64,000 bases of DNA. It comes from Lingula anatina. Lineage: Eukaryota; Animalia; Brachiopoda. Made by a program: the position numbers and the translations under genes. The stretch spans positions 20,088,001 to 20,152,000 of the forward strand of contig CM120642.1 in assembly GCA_051362555.1 (NCBI GenBank), written 5' to 3'. The notes below the pieces were generated by a model, which searched no databases, was not told where the DNA came from, and saw only the letters and a list, made by a program, of their open reading frames with translations. Each line of letters starts with the position of its first letter. Position 1 is the stretch's first letter. This document shows, one piece after another, positions 41,145-53,742 of this stretch.

Positions 41145-41745
41145 TAAAAATTTTGGGCCGCAATTCCCACAGCAAATATGAAGGAGTACCAGTAGATAAG
41201 GCCGGTGCCATGAAACTGAGGGTCCGTGTGACAGAAAGTCCGTCCTCCATATAGTTAGGGTTAGTTTGACCTAAGTAGGTCAAAATCTAGGGCGAGGCTC
41301 ACTTGTACAAATGAATGGGAAGCGGACTCTTTGTCATGGGGGACTTTCTGGTACATGTCACCGGTGATGGCACAGAAATGGGAAAATTCTTGGTTTTGTC
41401 TAGTTTTGCTTGCATTATACATTTATATAAAATCTGATTCTCAAAATAAATGCAATCGGCAAGTATTATGCTACAGGGATGGGAGTGAGGTGTTCTTAAG
41501 AATAAAAAAATTGGGCCTTAATTCCCTCAGCAAATATAAAATAGTGCCAGTAGATAAGGACAATAATGGCACAAGGATGGAAAAAATCTTGGTTTTGTCT
41601 AGTTTTGCTTGCTATATGCATTTATATAAAAAATTGGGCCTCAATTCCCACAGCAAAAAAAAAAAAAAAAAATAGTGCCAGTAGATAAGGATAACAATGG
41701 CACAGGAATGGGAAAAAACTAGTTTTTTTCTCGTTTTACTTGTGT
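41145..41745. repeat. Three ~130-bp-core tandem repeats, the first interrupted by a ~163-bp MITE (41202-41364)
   Basis: Repeated ttgggcc.caattcc..cagcaaa...agtagataagg...atggcac...ggttttgtctagttttgctt. The insert has inverted ends CCGGTGCCATG / CATGTCACCGG and is absent from units 2 and 3. Confidence 0.7.
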
Positions 41746-44700
41746 TATAGTCAAGAACATATACATTTATACACAATGTACCCCTTCGTTAACATTAAGA
41801 GGTGTTGGGTTCTTAAATCTACAGTGGGATTTATTTAAGTAAGATAGTTACTTCTCTAATTTGACTCAGGAAAGTCTAGGTAACGGCTCGAGTTATTCCT
41901 GGGGCTCCGTAACTTAAAAGCATCGCGTATTGCGAACGGCGATATCACATAGAGGCTACAGTGTATTACATGGGGCGAGCATGGGCAAGTAATGGAATCG
42001 AGACGCTTGCGCTCGGTCGCAATGCGCGCTGCTTTCGAGTTACGGGGCCCGGGAGAGCAAAGTAACGCAGCACCAAAGCTTTGTATCCAAAAACCAAAAT
42101 TCAACTCATTACCTGGACATCGGCTAGTTTTATGGAAGAAATCGGAGTGACAGAAATAGTGACGAGATTGTAAAAGTTTAAGTGAGAGGCGAAAGAGGAT
42201 AATTTCTACTAATGATTAAACGAGCATACATGCGAGTCCATTTAAATTTATTTGCAAGTCTCGCTTTTTTTTAGCGATCTGTACACGACCACTTTTTTTA
42301 CAAGAAAAAGAAAGAGAAAATTATAGAATATTTTTTATTCAACTATTATGTACAATTTTGAATATTTACAGTTGATTTAAAAAGGACTAATAATCAGTAA
42401 TGAACTACGTAAACGCAATGAATTAATACATAGCAGTATTATCAAAAGTTCTAAGATTTTCCATCGTCTTCATCTAGCGTCGGAACGCACACAGTCCGAT
42501 AATGCAGGTCTTGTGGTCGGAAACTGGTACCAGATGCTCTCGGGCCGTGGGGAAAAACCCGTCTAAACCCTTCGTGGGGAATGCCGGGAAAGTGCCCACG
42601 CCCGGATAATTCGGTCTTTATAACATGACGAAATCGGTTTCTATTGGCACGGCGCTGCGTACAGTTCAAGAATCGTCCCGTTTAAGACAGCATTGTGAGA
42701 TGGAATAACCTTTGTCTTGACTAACTATTCTCTATATATACTATACACGAGGTGAAGCATAAAAACTTATTAAAGTAATTCTTACAGAAAAAGGCACTGA
42801 AGCCAATAAAAAACTTACAAGAGACAACAATTCAACAGAATCATTTTGACTTTATCTTGGAGAATTAAAACCATAAATAAAGTTAATCATTTTACAACTG
42901 CAAGCATCTTTCAAAACTTGATTATAGTTCTCTTTATGATAAAATGCAAACAGATTCAAGTAATATGATTATAACTCGGGAATATCAATGATTTCAACTA
43001 AACTTTGATATATAATTCGACTTAAAATACCAGGTTTCTAAAATGTAACTTTGCACTGAAATCGCAACTACCTGCATGATACAAGTACAGAATAAAGCAA
43101 GCTTGCTTCAAAATATTTCGGATCTCACATTACACTATATGACCGCCCATGTAAATTTCAATCTGAATTTTTTTGATCCGGAGAAAAGGTGCATATGTGA
43201 TGAAGTGGATGTATTTGTCAACTATAACACTTGAGAAAATCTGAATATTAGTAATGTGATCTCTATCTTGAGAGATGACAGCATCTCTCAAGAAGAGCAG
43301 ACTGTACGAAAAATATGAAATATTTTCTCACACGTAAAATATTTCATTACAGATTTTGCACAATCTATCAATGTAAAATCTCTTCATGTAAAAGCGTTTA
43401 CATGAAGTCAGATTTTACAAAGATGTGAGGGTTTGTTAGTAAGGTTAGTGTGCAGGTTAAGACCTTTTCAAATGCCATACTGACAAACAACTCCACATCA
43501 TCAAAAGCACAAATTTGAAAAATGACCATCTCAGATTGAAACAAAACACAGACGACCACAAGTGGTGGGAATGTTTTTGTGAGCAAAAAAACTATCTGCA
43601 TTCAGAATGTGGATAAAGCAACTCTATATTCAAATTTACTAATATAATAATTAAAGCAACTGTAGAGGTAGACTTTTCCTACAGAAGCACACATCTTATT
43701 CAATTGATCTTGTATGGAATGAAGAATTATCTTGAACCTCAGTTTTCTCTTCTGTTATTGAAATAAAATGGTTCACTGCATAAGGCATAAAATACAAATG
43801 AAATTTGATGCAATTTCACCTTGACATGTTTGTGACCCATGCACCCCAAATATTCTCAGCATCCAAAAGACTGATACATTATTAGACTGTATTCCCACTA
43901 CATTCAGTACTGTATATTGCCTTCATTACCATTCCACATTCTTTATATTTTTTTGCAGTACAAGCCGTGTCCTTCAACACCAAAACTCGTGGGATGTCCG
44001 AGCATCCATGAAAGTGTCCACAGGGCTCCTTGCTTACGCTGTAGTGTTTAACATCTTGGACATTTGGTCTTGGGTCGACGTTATCTGACATCATGCAGGC
44101 GTAATTATTGGAAAACTCCCAATTCGTAGCCTACAAATGAAATCCAACTTTTACTCAAAAGTATGAAAAGCTATATCGTAAGCTTGCAGTAACTGCAACA
44201 AAGAAAGTATATCACTGGTATTTACACACCGTTAACATTAATGAAAAGCTTGGTTCTTAAAATGATCAGCGCGTTATTTCCAAATGTACAGTGAAATATG
44301 CTTCCTTTATTGAAATATATATATTAACTTTTTAGAGTAAGTAGACAGCAGTCTTCAAAAAATAAATTATTTCAAACATTTGACAAAAAAGTAAGAAAAG
44401 ATGTTGCTATATTGAATATTGTAATGTTAGCCTACATGTTAAATTGTTGACTGTCTGTGCTACTTCTAATTCTAATGTTTGTTTACATAGGATATAGTTT
44501 TTGATCACTCTCAATAATAAGAAACGCCATAATACACCAATAATAATACTTAAAAAATTCAGAACCACTTTTCTTAAGTTGTTGATCCCCAATAACTTAC
44601 AAAGTTATCTGTATAAAGATCCCTCAATCCTGAAGAAGTGTTTCATCTGGAGGTTTGGTAGTTGCAATCTTCATTTTTAGAATCCACCACTTTTGGTAGC

Positions 44701-45373
44701 CTGCAAATTTGAATTATTACTTCAACATGTAATAAAAGTCAACCATTTGTATATGAAATGTGTTTTTAAAGTTTCAGCAGTTTGATGGGAAATAAATATC
44801 AAAAGCACTTTTGTCACAAACTTGGAAAAAACATTCAAGCGAAATATTTTGACATGCCACTGGCGACCTTCAAACTTAATGTCACAATGGTTTAGTTTTA
44901 ACAAAGGAAAAGGAACACTAACAGCATTTAAACGACTCTACTCAAAGACAAGTTTAAGTAAAGCCTGAACAATCTATATCCAGCGGGAGGAGTGTACTAG
45001 TATTCCATCAAGTGTTTAATTTGTGAAGGATTTATATGGGAGAGACAAAGAGAAAGTTGAACGTTAGAGTTAAAGAACACGGGAAGGAATAAGAATTAAA
45101 GGGTACCCAAAGAGGGAAAAATACACTACAGCCCAAGGTAGCCTTCTGCTACAACGAACCATCACAAAAAACATTGATTGGGAGAGTGCCAAGATTCTAC
45201 AAAAAGAAAGTGACTGGAGAACAAGAGGCGTAAAGGGAGGCATATAAACCAGGAAAATGCCTAATAATCTGAACAATATAGAGAGATGGAAATAAATACT
45301 CACTTCTATGGTGGCCTTTTATTACCACAAACACAGCACTGGAGGTGTGGGTGGTAGCTTCTAGTATACAATT

Positions 45374-45740
45374 TCTGGACCAGTGACAACGTCCCGGAGT
45401 CACATTGGTGGTGGGTGTTGGGGGCGGTAGCTCCAAGTAATCTGGTCCAGTAACCATGCCCTGGAGTCACATTGGTGGTGGTGGGTGGTGGGGGCGGTAG
45501 CTCCAAGTAATCTGGACCACTGACCACGCCTCGGAGTCACATTGTTGGTGGTGGGTGGTGGGGGCGGTAGCTCCAAGTAATCTGGACCACTGACCACGCC
45601 TCGGAGTCACATTGTTGGTGGTGGGTGGTGGGGGCGGTAGCTCCAAGTAATCTGGACCAGTGACCACGCCCCGGAGTCACATTGGTGGTGGTGGGTGGTG
45701 GGGGCGGTAGCTCCAAGTAATCTGGACCATTGACAACGTC
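45374..45740. repeat. 70-bp minisatellite, ~5 copies
   Basis: Unit ggagtcacattg(g/t)tggtggtgggtggtgggggcggtagctccaagtaatctggacca.tgaccacgcc.c. It lies inside minus-strand exon 45740-45304. Confidence 0.95.
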
Positions 45741-47186
45741 CTGCAGAATATTGAGACTGTTGAGGATCTGAAAGTTGACGAATGGCATGTCAAAATATTT
45801 TGTATGAATGATAAGGTTTTTCCACATCTGTGACAAATTAAAAGAGCTTTTTACCTGTGAAAAATGAGCACTGAATTTGCTAGAGTAAATTGTAAATAGA
45901 AAACAAATGCCTGCACCGAGTGACAGGTCCCAAACATTCTTAAAACAATTGTCTAAGACCTTGCACAAAATGCTCAGTTTGTTGGAGTTGCACTGATAAA
46001 AGATTTGTATTATCTATACAATGAATGACAATCTAGTTCATTTACCCTTATCCTGCCCCATAACTTACCTTGAATGCTCTCTAATCACAACTATTGAAGG
46101 GCTCTTGAAACACTATATGACATGGCTTTCTCCATTTTAGCCTTGTTAACCTTGTTAAAATGGACCGTCATCAGGACAGGCGCTCGCCAATGCCATCTGC
46201 CTCAACTACAAAATAAAAAATTATAAGTCAAAAGTTCCCCTCTTTACTGCTCCCACCCAAATCCAATCTACTAACCATAAATATCTTAATCCTAGGAGTG
46301 GGTCATGGGTAAAAGACATTGCCTTCTGAATGTGAGTTGTCAAATTAATGTGGCTAACGGTTTTTAGTTTTTCAAGGTATGAAAAATCACTTAAGTGTTT
46401 TGTTTTCCCCCAAAAACATGAGTGATATGTACCTTTTAAGGCTTGATAGGTTTCCATCTCTGTGAAACGCCATATGCTTCTGATGCTCCCCCATGCAGCC
46501 CCCTAACATACAGACCATGGCAGGACTCAACCATGCACCAAGGACTGAATGTGACCCTCTTCTTGCACCTCTTTCAAAAAAGCGGGACTTTATCAGGAAT
46601 TGCCCTAATTGAGTTCTGTAAATAGAAAGGAAAATTTGATTAGTTTTCAAAAATTGTATATCAAAAGCAGTCTGCAGCCAGAAAAATTGTTGGAATCGGT
46701 AGATTTCCAGAATGTGTCAATTTGGTGACATGGCTGTTAGATTTTTTCTATAAGTATGAAAAAGAGCTTTTGATTTATTTTAAATGTAACTGTTACATCA
46801 TGATTCGAGAAAAATGTCAAGGTCTTGTTAATACAAATATTAATGCAATCCAGTCTAGTCCTATTGAACTTTGTATTCGAACCAGTGAATCAAGATTCAG
46901 ACATCTATATCTAGTTTTTAGGAAAGAAGGTGGACTGAATGGTCAGTAGGGTGAAAAGTTTATGGCACAGACTGCTGCTGAAAAATCAATTTTAGTGTAT
47001 TGTTCTCGCCAGTAACACGGGTTACCTTGCAGGTTTTTCCGCCTCAGTGAAACACCATATGCTTCAGACGCTTCTCCAATGCAGCCTCTTCAACAGACCG
47101 TGGCAGGACTCACTGGCACCAAGGATTGAGGGATGTATCGGAAGTGTGCACGTGGTCCTCTTCTTGCAGTTGCCATGAAACGCTGG

Positions 47187-48005
47187 ACAGGACTCGCTGG
47201 ACGCTTCCTAGTGCAGCCACCTCGTAGACAGACCATGGCAGGACTCGCTGGACGCTTCCCCAGTGCAGCCACCTCGTAGACGGACCATGACAAGACTCGC
47301 TGGACGCTTCCCCAGTGCAGCCACCTCGTAGACGGACCATGGCAGGACTCGCTGGACGCTTCCCCAGTGCAGCCACCTCGTAGACGGACCATGGCAGGAC
47401 TCGCTGGACGCTTCCCCAGTGCAGCCACCTCGTAGACGGACCATGGCAGGACTCGCTGGACGCTTCCCAAGTGCAGCCACCTCGCAGATAGACCATGGCA
47501 CGACTCGCCGGACGCTTCCTTAATGCAGCCACCTCGTAGACAGGCCATGACAGGACTCGCTGGACGCTTCCCCAGTGCAGCCACATCAAAGAGACAGACC
47601 ATGGCAGGACTCGCTGGCACCAAGGAATGGTCAAAGTAGCTTAAGTGTAGATGTGGGACGTCTCCTTGCAGTTGTGTTCTGTCAACAGAAAGAAAAATGA
47701 ATTAATGACTTTTCATACTATGTCAGCACTCTGCAGTCAGGCTTACCTTTAAGTGGTTTCCATCTCATTGAAACACCATATGACAAGACTCGCTGGACGC
47801 TTCCCCAGTGCAGCCACCTCGTAGACAGACCATGGCAGGACTCGCTGGACGCTTCCCCTGTGCAGCCACCTCGTAGACAGACCATGGCAGGACTCGCTGG
47901 ACGCTTCCCCAGTGCAGCCACCTCGTAGACAGACCATGGCAGGACTCGCTGGACGCTTCCCCAGTGAAGCCACCTCGTAGACAGACCACGGCAGGACTCG
48001 CTGGC
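47187..48005. repeat. 52-bp minisatellite in two blocks (~47187-47617 and ~47782-48005)
   Basis: Unit gacagaccatggcaggactcgctggacgcttccccagtgcagccacctcgta, near-identical copies. Single diverged homologues are at ~47075-47120 and ~46475-46535. Confidence 0.95.
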
Positions 48006-48061
48006 TCCAAGGGATGGTCGAAGTAGCTTAAGTGTAGATGTGGGGTTTCTCCTTGCAGTTG

Positions 48062-49540
48062 TGTCCTGTAAACAGAAATAAAAACGAGATTAGATTTTTT
48101 TCATTTCTCAAACCCCCCTTCCAAAAAGAAAAAAGATTACATGCCTTTAAGGAGTGTAGTCGAAGTCCCACAGGTGGCACCCATCATCTTCTATGTCCTG
48201 TAAACAGAAATAAAAACGAGATTAGATTTCTTTCATTTCTCAAACCCCCCTTCCAAAAAGAAAAAAGATTACATACCTTAAGAAGTGTAGTCGAAGTCCC
48301 ACAGGTGGCGCCCATCATCTTCTATGTCCTGTAAACAGAAATAAAAACGAGATTAGATTTCTTTCATTTCTCAAACCCCCCTTCCAAAAAGAAAAAAAGA
48401 TTACATACCTTAAGAAGTGTAGTCGAAGTCCCACAGGTGGCGCCCATCATCTTCTATGTCCTGTAAACAGAATTAAAAACGAGATTAGATTTCTTTCATT
48501 TCTCAAACCCCCCTTCCAAAAAGAAAAAAAGATTACATACCTTAAGAAGTGTAGTCGAAGTCCCACAGGTGGCGCCCATCATCTTCTATGTCCTGTAAAC
48601 AGAATTAAAAACGAGATTAGATTTCTTTCATTTCTCAAACTCCCCTTCCAAAAAGAAAAAAGATTACATACCTTAAGGAGTGTAGTCGAAGTCCCACAGG
48701 TTGTCGGAGACATTTAATATTTCATAGACGATGTCTATAATTTCAAGTCATAACTTTTATTATTCTCCATAATACATTGTGTCAATTTTGAAGAGGCTGA
48801 GTAAGGCTTGTGTACCTGTCGCATTAAGAAGCCAGTGATAAGAAGTGCATGAAGCCATTGGCTGGAGTATGTACTAAAAGTGTGTAATATTGAAGAGAGA
48901 GGGCAGAATGTACCTGAGCAGGCAACGAGTTCACATTAAACGATAGAAACTGGTCATTTTTGTCAGTGTGGATTTCCTCTGTAGCGTCTAGACGTAAAGA
49001 TTTCGACCGCGAATCTGGAAGGCTATATACTAAAGCGTTATCCTAACTAAAGTATCCAACGGTGTCCGCATTTCGAGCTCAAGTCTAAATTACGTTTATA
49101 TCTAAAATTGCGTGGTTCCGGACACAGTCCCACAGGTGGCGCCATCATCTATGTCCTGTAAACAGAAATAAAAACGAGATTAGGTTTCTTTCACTTCTCA
49201 AAGTCCCCTTCCAAAAAGAAAAAAAGATTACATACCTTAAGGAGTGTAGTCGAAGTCCCACAGGTGGCGCCCATCATCTTCTATGTCCTGTAAACAGAAA
49301 TAAAAACGAGATTAGATATCTTTCATTTCTCAAACTCCCCTTCCAAAAAGAAAAATAGATTACATACCTTAAGGAGTGTAGTCGAAGTCCCACAGGTGGC
49401 GCCCATCATCTTCTATGTCCTGTAAACAGAAATAAAAACGAGATTAGATTTCTTTCATTTCTCAAACCCCCCTTCCAAAAAGAAAAAAAGATTACATACC
49501 TTAAGGAGTGTAGTCGAAGTCCCACAGGTGGCGCCCACCA
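48062..49540. repeat. ~132-bp tandem array (52-nt exon-like + ~80-nt intron-like), ~8 near-identical units
   Basis: Unit cctgtaaacagaaataaaaacgagattagatttctttcatttctcaaacccccttccaaaaagaaaaaagattacataccttaaggagtgtagtcgaagtcccacaggtggcgcccatcatcttctatgt. Period 131-132 bp (48197, 48328, 48460, 48592; 49155, 49287, 49419). Confidence 0.95.
48702..49126. mobile_element. 425-bp insertion with TG...CA termini (solo-LTR-like)
   Basis: Unique sequence TGTCGGAGAC...CCGGACACA interrupts one array unit. GTCCCACAGGT is present on both sides (48691-48701 and 49127-49137). Confidence 0.6.
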
Positions 49541-49892
49541 GTTTGCAGTCTGCTTCCTGGACCTGTAATAAAAAGAAACCTGGAAAGCATGGGAATATGC
49601 AATGACACTACGACTCCAGCCCACGACAGCAAAAAGGTGAAGTATCCTGCGAAGATGACCGAGCGACGATTCCTCGTGGGGAGAAGCGAAGATTTTAGCT
49701 GGCCAGCTAAGAGCAACGCCGAATCCACCGTCTAGACGTCTGCATGTGCAGGGAACAATATGTCGAAGAGCGATGCGTTGACGTAGGATGAGTAGAAGAT
49801 TCGGAGAAATGGGAGTCGACTCCCGTGTCCTTTGTGCTTGATACAGGGCGCAGCACATGGCATCCGTCCTGTTGCTCTAGATCTGTCCGCTG

Positions 49893-49931
49893 TTGAGTGA
49901 ACGCACTTTTAAAATTTTGCGCTTTTATACC
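49893..49931 (-). promoter_or_regulatory. TATA box and Inr-like site upstream of the repeat-built transcript
   Basis: Minus strand reads GGTATAAAAGCGC (TATAAAA at 49929-49923), with TCACTC ~25-30 nt downstream, followed by a CpG-richer first-exon-like segment. Confidence 0.55.
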
Positions 49932-52900
49932 TTTGTTGACGTATAGTCACATGTTGGCGTTCTTGTTGTCACCAATGGTCAAACTTGTTCAAAGGGGATG
50001 GCCTTTGATAGTGATGCGCAAAGTTGGTAATAATATCTTATCAACATATACATTTTCTTTTATATTTTATATTTTGATTATTCTGCCTGTCAGTTTGTTT
50101 ATAATAAGAGTAATAAGTTCTAAGCAATGTCTGTGAAATGTGCAGGCAAATTTGATGAAAATTTCTGAGCAACATACCTTCTCCCTAAAATTTTTATAGG
50201 TACGATGTCCGTTAAGCTGGTAGCTGTGAACTGCTCGCAGGCTACTTTAGTGTGCGTGTATTTGAACACTGATCCAAAATGTGGATACTGTAATTTGGCG
50301 TAGGGTGACTGCATTTTTGAGGAAGAAACGAGTGAATGTATATGTCTATATTCAAAACGTCTACTGATTTAGGTAATAATTAACAACTGACGTCTCCCTT
50401 CATGGCGTCAGGTTATCAGTACTCCCACACCAGTAACATGAGTTATGAGTTGAGCAGAAACAGAAAAAGATTTTTTATAAAGATAATGCAAGTATATGTG
50501 TAGGCCCATTTATCTTTTTTATATTACTAAACGTAAGAATTGTTTGACCAAGTGAAACTTTACTTACATCAGCCTAGCAACTAAATCTGACGTTTTAACG
50601 TCTCCGAAAATAACTAGAAATTTTTGAATAACGCAATAATGCGGCCACCTTCGAGGTGTCGTCCGGTTTTTAAAAATTGAAAAAAGAAACTTTTCAGGGC
50701 GTCTTTTGTCGCGGGTCATTATTTTCAGTTGTTTGATGTTTTTTTGTAATATTTTAGCCATTGATAGAATCTTTAATTCAGTTACATCCACGATTAGCTA
50801 GACGAAATGGTGACAGGGAAAAGTCAAATTTTTTAAACGGCAAAAACTGCATTCTCTTAGAAAGCAATTAGCAAACATTCATTACCAGGCACTGTGAAAA
50901 ATTCAACCGAAGTTGAAGACAAAATTTGTCAAAAATAAACGTGCATGCCGTAATACCTATTTAAAGCAGTCTAATTTTTGTTAGTATTAAAAACGTGTAA
51001 ATATTATCCACATAGGATATTTTTAAAGCCTTCGATATTTAAAATATTTAAACTTCCCATACTTTGAGGCATGCATGAGTCGGAAAATGTTTGCATAATT
51101 ACATAAAAAAACTAGAATTATCTCTTTATGTGACCACAGTTTACTCATGTGCCTTACATCATTCCCTTAAACCCTTTCCCAATATCGATTTCAGATATTT
51201 TGACACATTTTGTCTTCATCTGAATCGCGTGAACGTTATCAAGTGTCATAAGGCGTACATTATGAAAATATTTAGGTCTTGGAACGTGATTTGATGACTT
51301 TTTTAAATGCATATGTATACAATTATAAATTTATAATTAAGTTATTTAATATCAAATTATAAGTTCTGACCGAGTTTTAAAATTTATTTTAGGAGGGGTA
51401 AAAAACCCCAACCCCATCTAATATATATTGGATACATCCGTAGGCTTATGTCCTTAGAACTAGGCGTACAAAATGTGTTTTCTAGCTAAAGTTATTATTA
51501 TGGTGTATGTGTAATTAAAAAAAAAACTACGTAAGAGTGACAAATGGTCATGTGTTTCGAATGCACCCCCACTCTCCGATCAGACATTACTTTTGTATAA
51601 TTCACAGTCCATCTTCGTTGTAGTTTGTGACTTTACGTCATTTCTTAGTGAAGCGGTGTTGTCCTCAATTTAACTTAAATGTCCAAATTACTAAGAAGAA
51701 ACCACTTGCAAGAATTATAAGGCTTTTTATAATGCTAGGTCTATAGACGTGATACACACGATATTTTGCAACCCCACAAAATCTGTTTCTTAAAATTTTG
51801 GTTCCACCACAAAGCTTAGCACTATCATTCTTTTTTGCTTTATTGATATATTTTCAGTACATAAATAACCATTGTCTGTTGCCCAATTTTGCACAAAATT
51901 AAGATAATCCCCAAAACCTCATTAATTGTGTTTCCTCCATCCCAAAAAATATTAAAAATTTCTCCTCATAATTTAGTAGTGCACTGGCATCTACACAGTA
52001 CATAAATGTATCATTATAATAACATCTTGTTCTTACTGATAACATAATTAGCTTAATTCCATAACAATTCTAAAATGTTAATAACAATGAAAATTCAAAG
52101 TAGATGGCAAGATTCTTATTGTGCTGATAAAGATAAAATATGTAAATTCAATACTGATTAGGTACTGTATACTGGCTCATTGAAAAAAGGGAACCGTTTC
52201 ACAAAAAAATTAAGCTTAGACTGCTAAATCTGGATAGCCAACTATACAAAGTCAACTTTGCGATATTGTCTTACAACTACAATTTTTTAAGAATGATTGG
52301 TCCACAGTTGATGAGTAGAATATACATAAATGGGCTACTGACACCACTGCAAGTAAAAGACTTGCCAAGACAATCAAAATGTAAATCAAAGGAAAGTGAA
52401 AAGAAAGTAAAAAGACTGGAAAAAATGAGGCAAAATTGATAACTTGGTTAATGAGCGAACAATACCCTAGTTTTGATTAAATCAGAACTTTTCTTGCACC
52501 TGTTTTTATTGTTGCCATTTTGTAAGTGAAAAAAGGGGAATAGGGGATTGGTGTAGTGAAAGCCCAACCTTAACCTTTGGATGCTATTCTCATTAAACAT
52601 ATGCATAAAAGACAAAATTTAGACCACAAATACATGTAGATTCATGCAATCTACCAACCTTTTTTACAGTGAGTCATTGCAACTTATCAGTTATTTCTGA
52701 CCTAGGCTATCTGTAAGATTCTTACAACTGTGAAGTGCAACTTAGCCAGCTAAGTCTTTATAGGCTCAGATTTTAGACTACAAACCAACTTCAAACATTT
52801 AGTAAAGCAAGTGCAAGGAATAGTTAGTTTGAAGGCTCTGCCTCCCCATAGGGTGAGAACAAACACACTCACACTGTATGATACATTACAGAAAACATTG

Positions 52901-53586
52901 GTTAAAAATATACTCTGGAATTTTACATTTTCACTAGTATAGAATCAATTTGATTTCTAAAACTGACTTATTATAAAAATACTCCTGTCAATTTAAAACT
53001 TTTTCATAAAGCATATCTGAAATATACTGATAAAATGTTATTAAAAATATTAAAATTTGATATTCACAGATAAAATAGGCTCAAGTCAAAATGACTAAGA
53101 CAATTATTGAAGCATTATTCAAACCCCAATTTTGATTATTTTCATACAATTAGTGATTCACAAGTTCTTTAACAGAGTTGTACCTAATCTGACTACATGA
53201 TATCTATCAAAATCTCTCTAAAATCAAGTGACAAAAAATGCCCACAGTTTCAAGCACCATAAAATATGGCTTAAGTAAGTAATATCCTCAACTGTTTCAT
53301 AATAAACGTCATGTCACTTGAATGTACCATTCTCCAGAAAAAAAGATGAACTTGCAAGGTTTGATAAGTCTGCGTTTACAGGTAGATGTCATAGTTTAAT
53401 ATACATGAGGCAGCTTTATATCGTGGTCAACAATATTATATTATACCAGTTTCTCTAGCCTCCATGTCTTATTCGTCATAATATTTTGATTTTCAAATTC
53501 AGGGTCCCCTAGTAAAAGATCTTGCATTTCCTCTTGATCACAGAAGAATCTGAGTTGAGAATACAGTTGAGAATACAGAGTTAAAA

Positions 53587-53692
53587 TTAGGCCTCTCCTC
53601 TCCACTCGGGGTCCTCTTGCAACTGAACCTGGCTGACATCCACGGTTACATCTTGAAAAATAATATATTCCCAAAAAATTTTAAATGGTGCA

Positions 53693-53742
<50 letters not shown>

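Larger units (their letters stand above)
43900..49897 (-). ncRNA. Putative multi-exon lncRNA (~15 exons) built from tandem repeats (younger array)
   Basis: TATA at 49929-49923. Mini-exons 49562-49500, 49419-49368, 49287-49236, 49155-48672 (interrupted), 48592-48541, 48460-48409, 48328-48277, 48197-48145. Larger exons 48065-47747, 47678-47026, 46615-46433, 46205-46069, 45740-45304, 44700-44601 and 44130-onward. All splice signals lie on the same strand. No long spliced ORF was found. The 3' end is approximate. Confidence 0.6.

Noticed and set aside
43882-44130. EPCGH...C motif suggesting a degenerate RING finger in the last exon of the repeat-built transcript
   Set aside because: The remaining Cys/His ligands are missing or mis-spaced, and no open upstream frame leads into it.
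45197-45968. Proline-rich ORFs (GPDYLELPPPPPTT) resembling signalling tails
   Set aside because: The 70-bp unit shifts frame each copy and one frame has a stop, so at most ~3 units can be read. Treated as a minisatellite.
47090-47634. 177/174-aa ORFs with repeated ...EVAALGKR, resembling a neuropeptide precursor
   Set aside because: They are a by-product of a stop-free 52-bp repeat read through all three frames. There is no signal peptide, and the upstream exons contain stops.
49406-49858. 150-aa ORF at the start of the repeat-built transcript
   Set aside because: No recognisable domain, and it runs through predicted intron sequence. It cannot be excluded as a short peptide, but there is no support for it.
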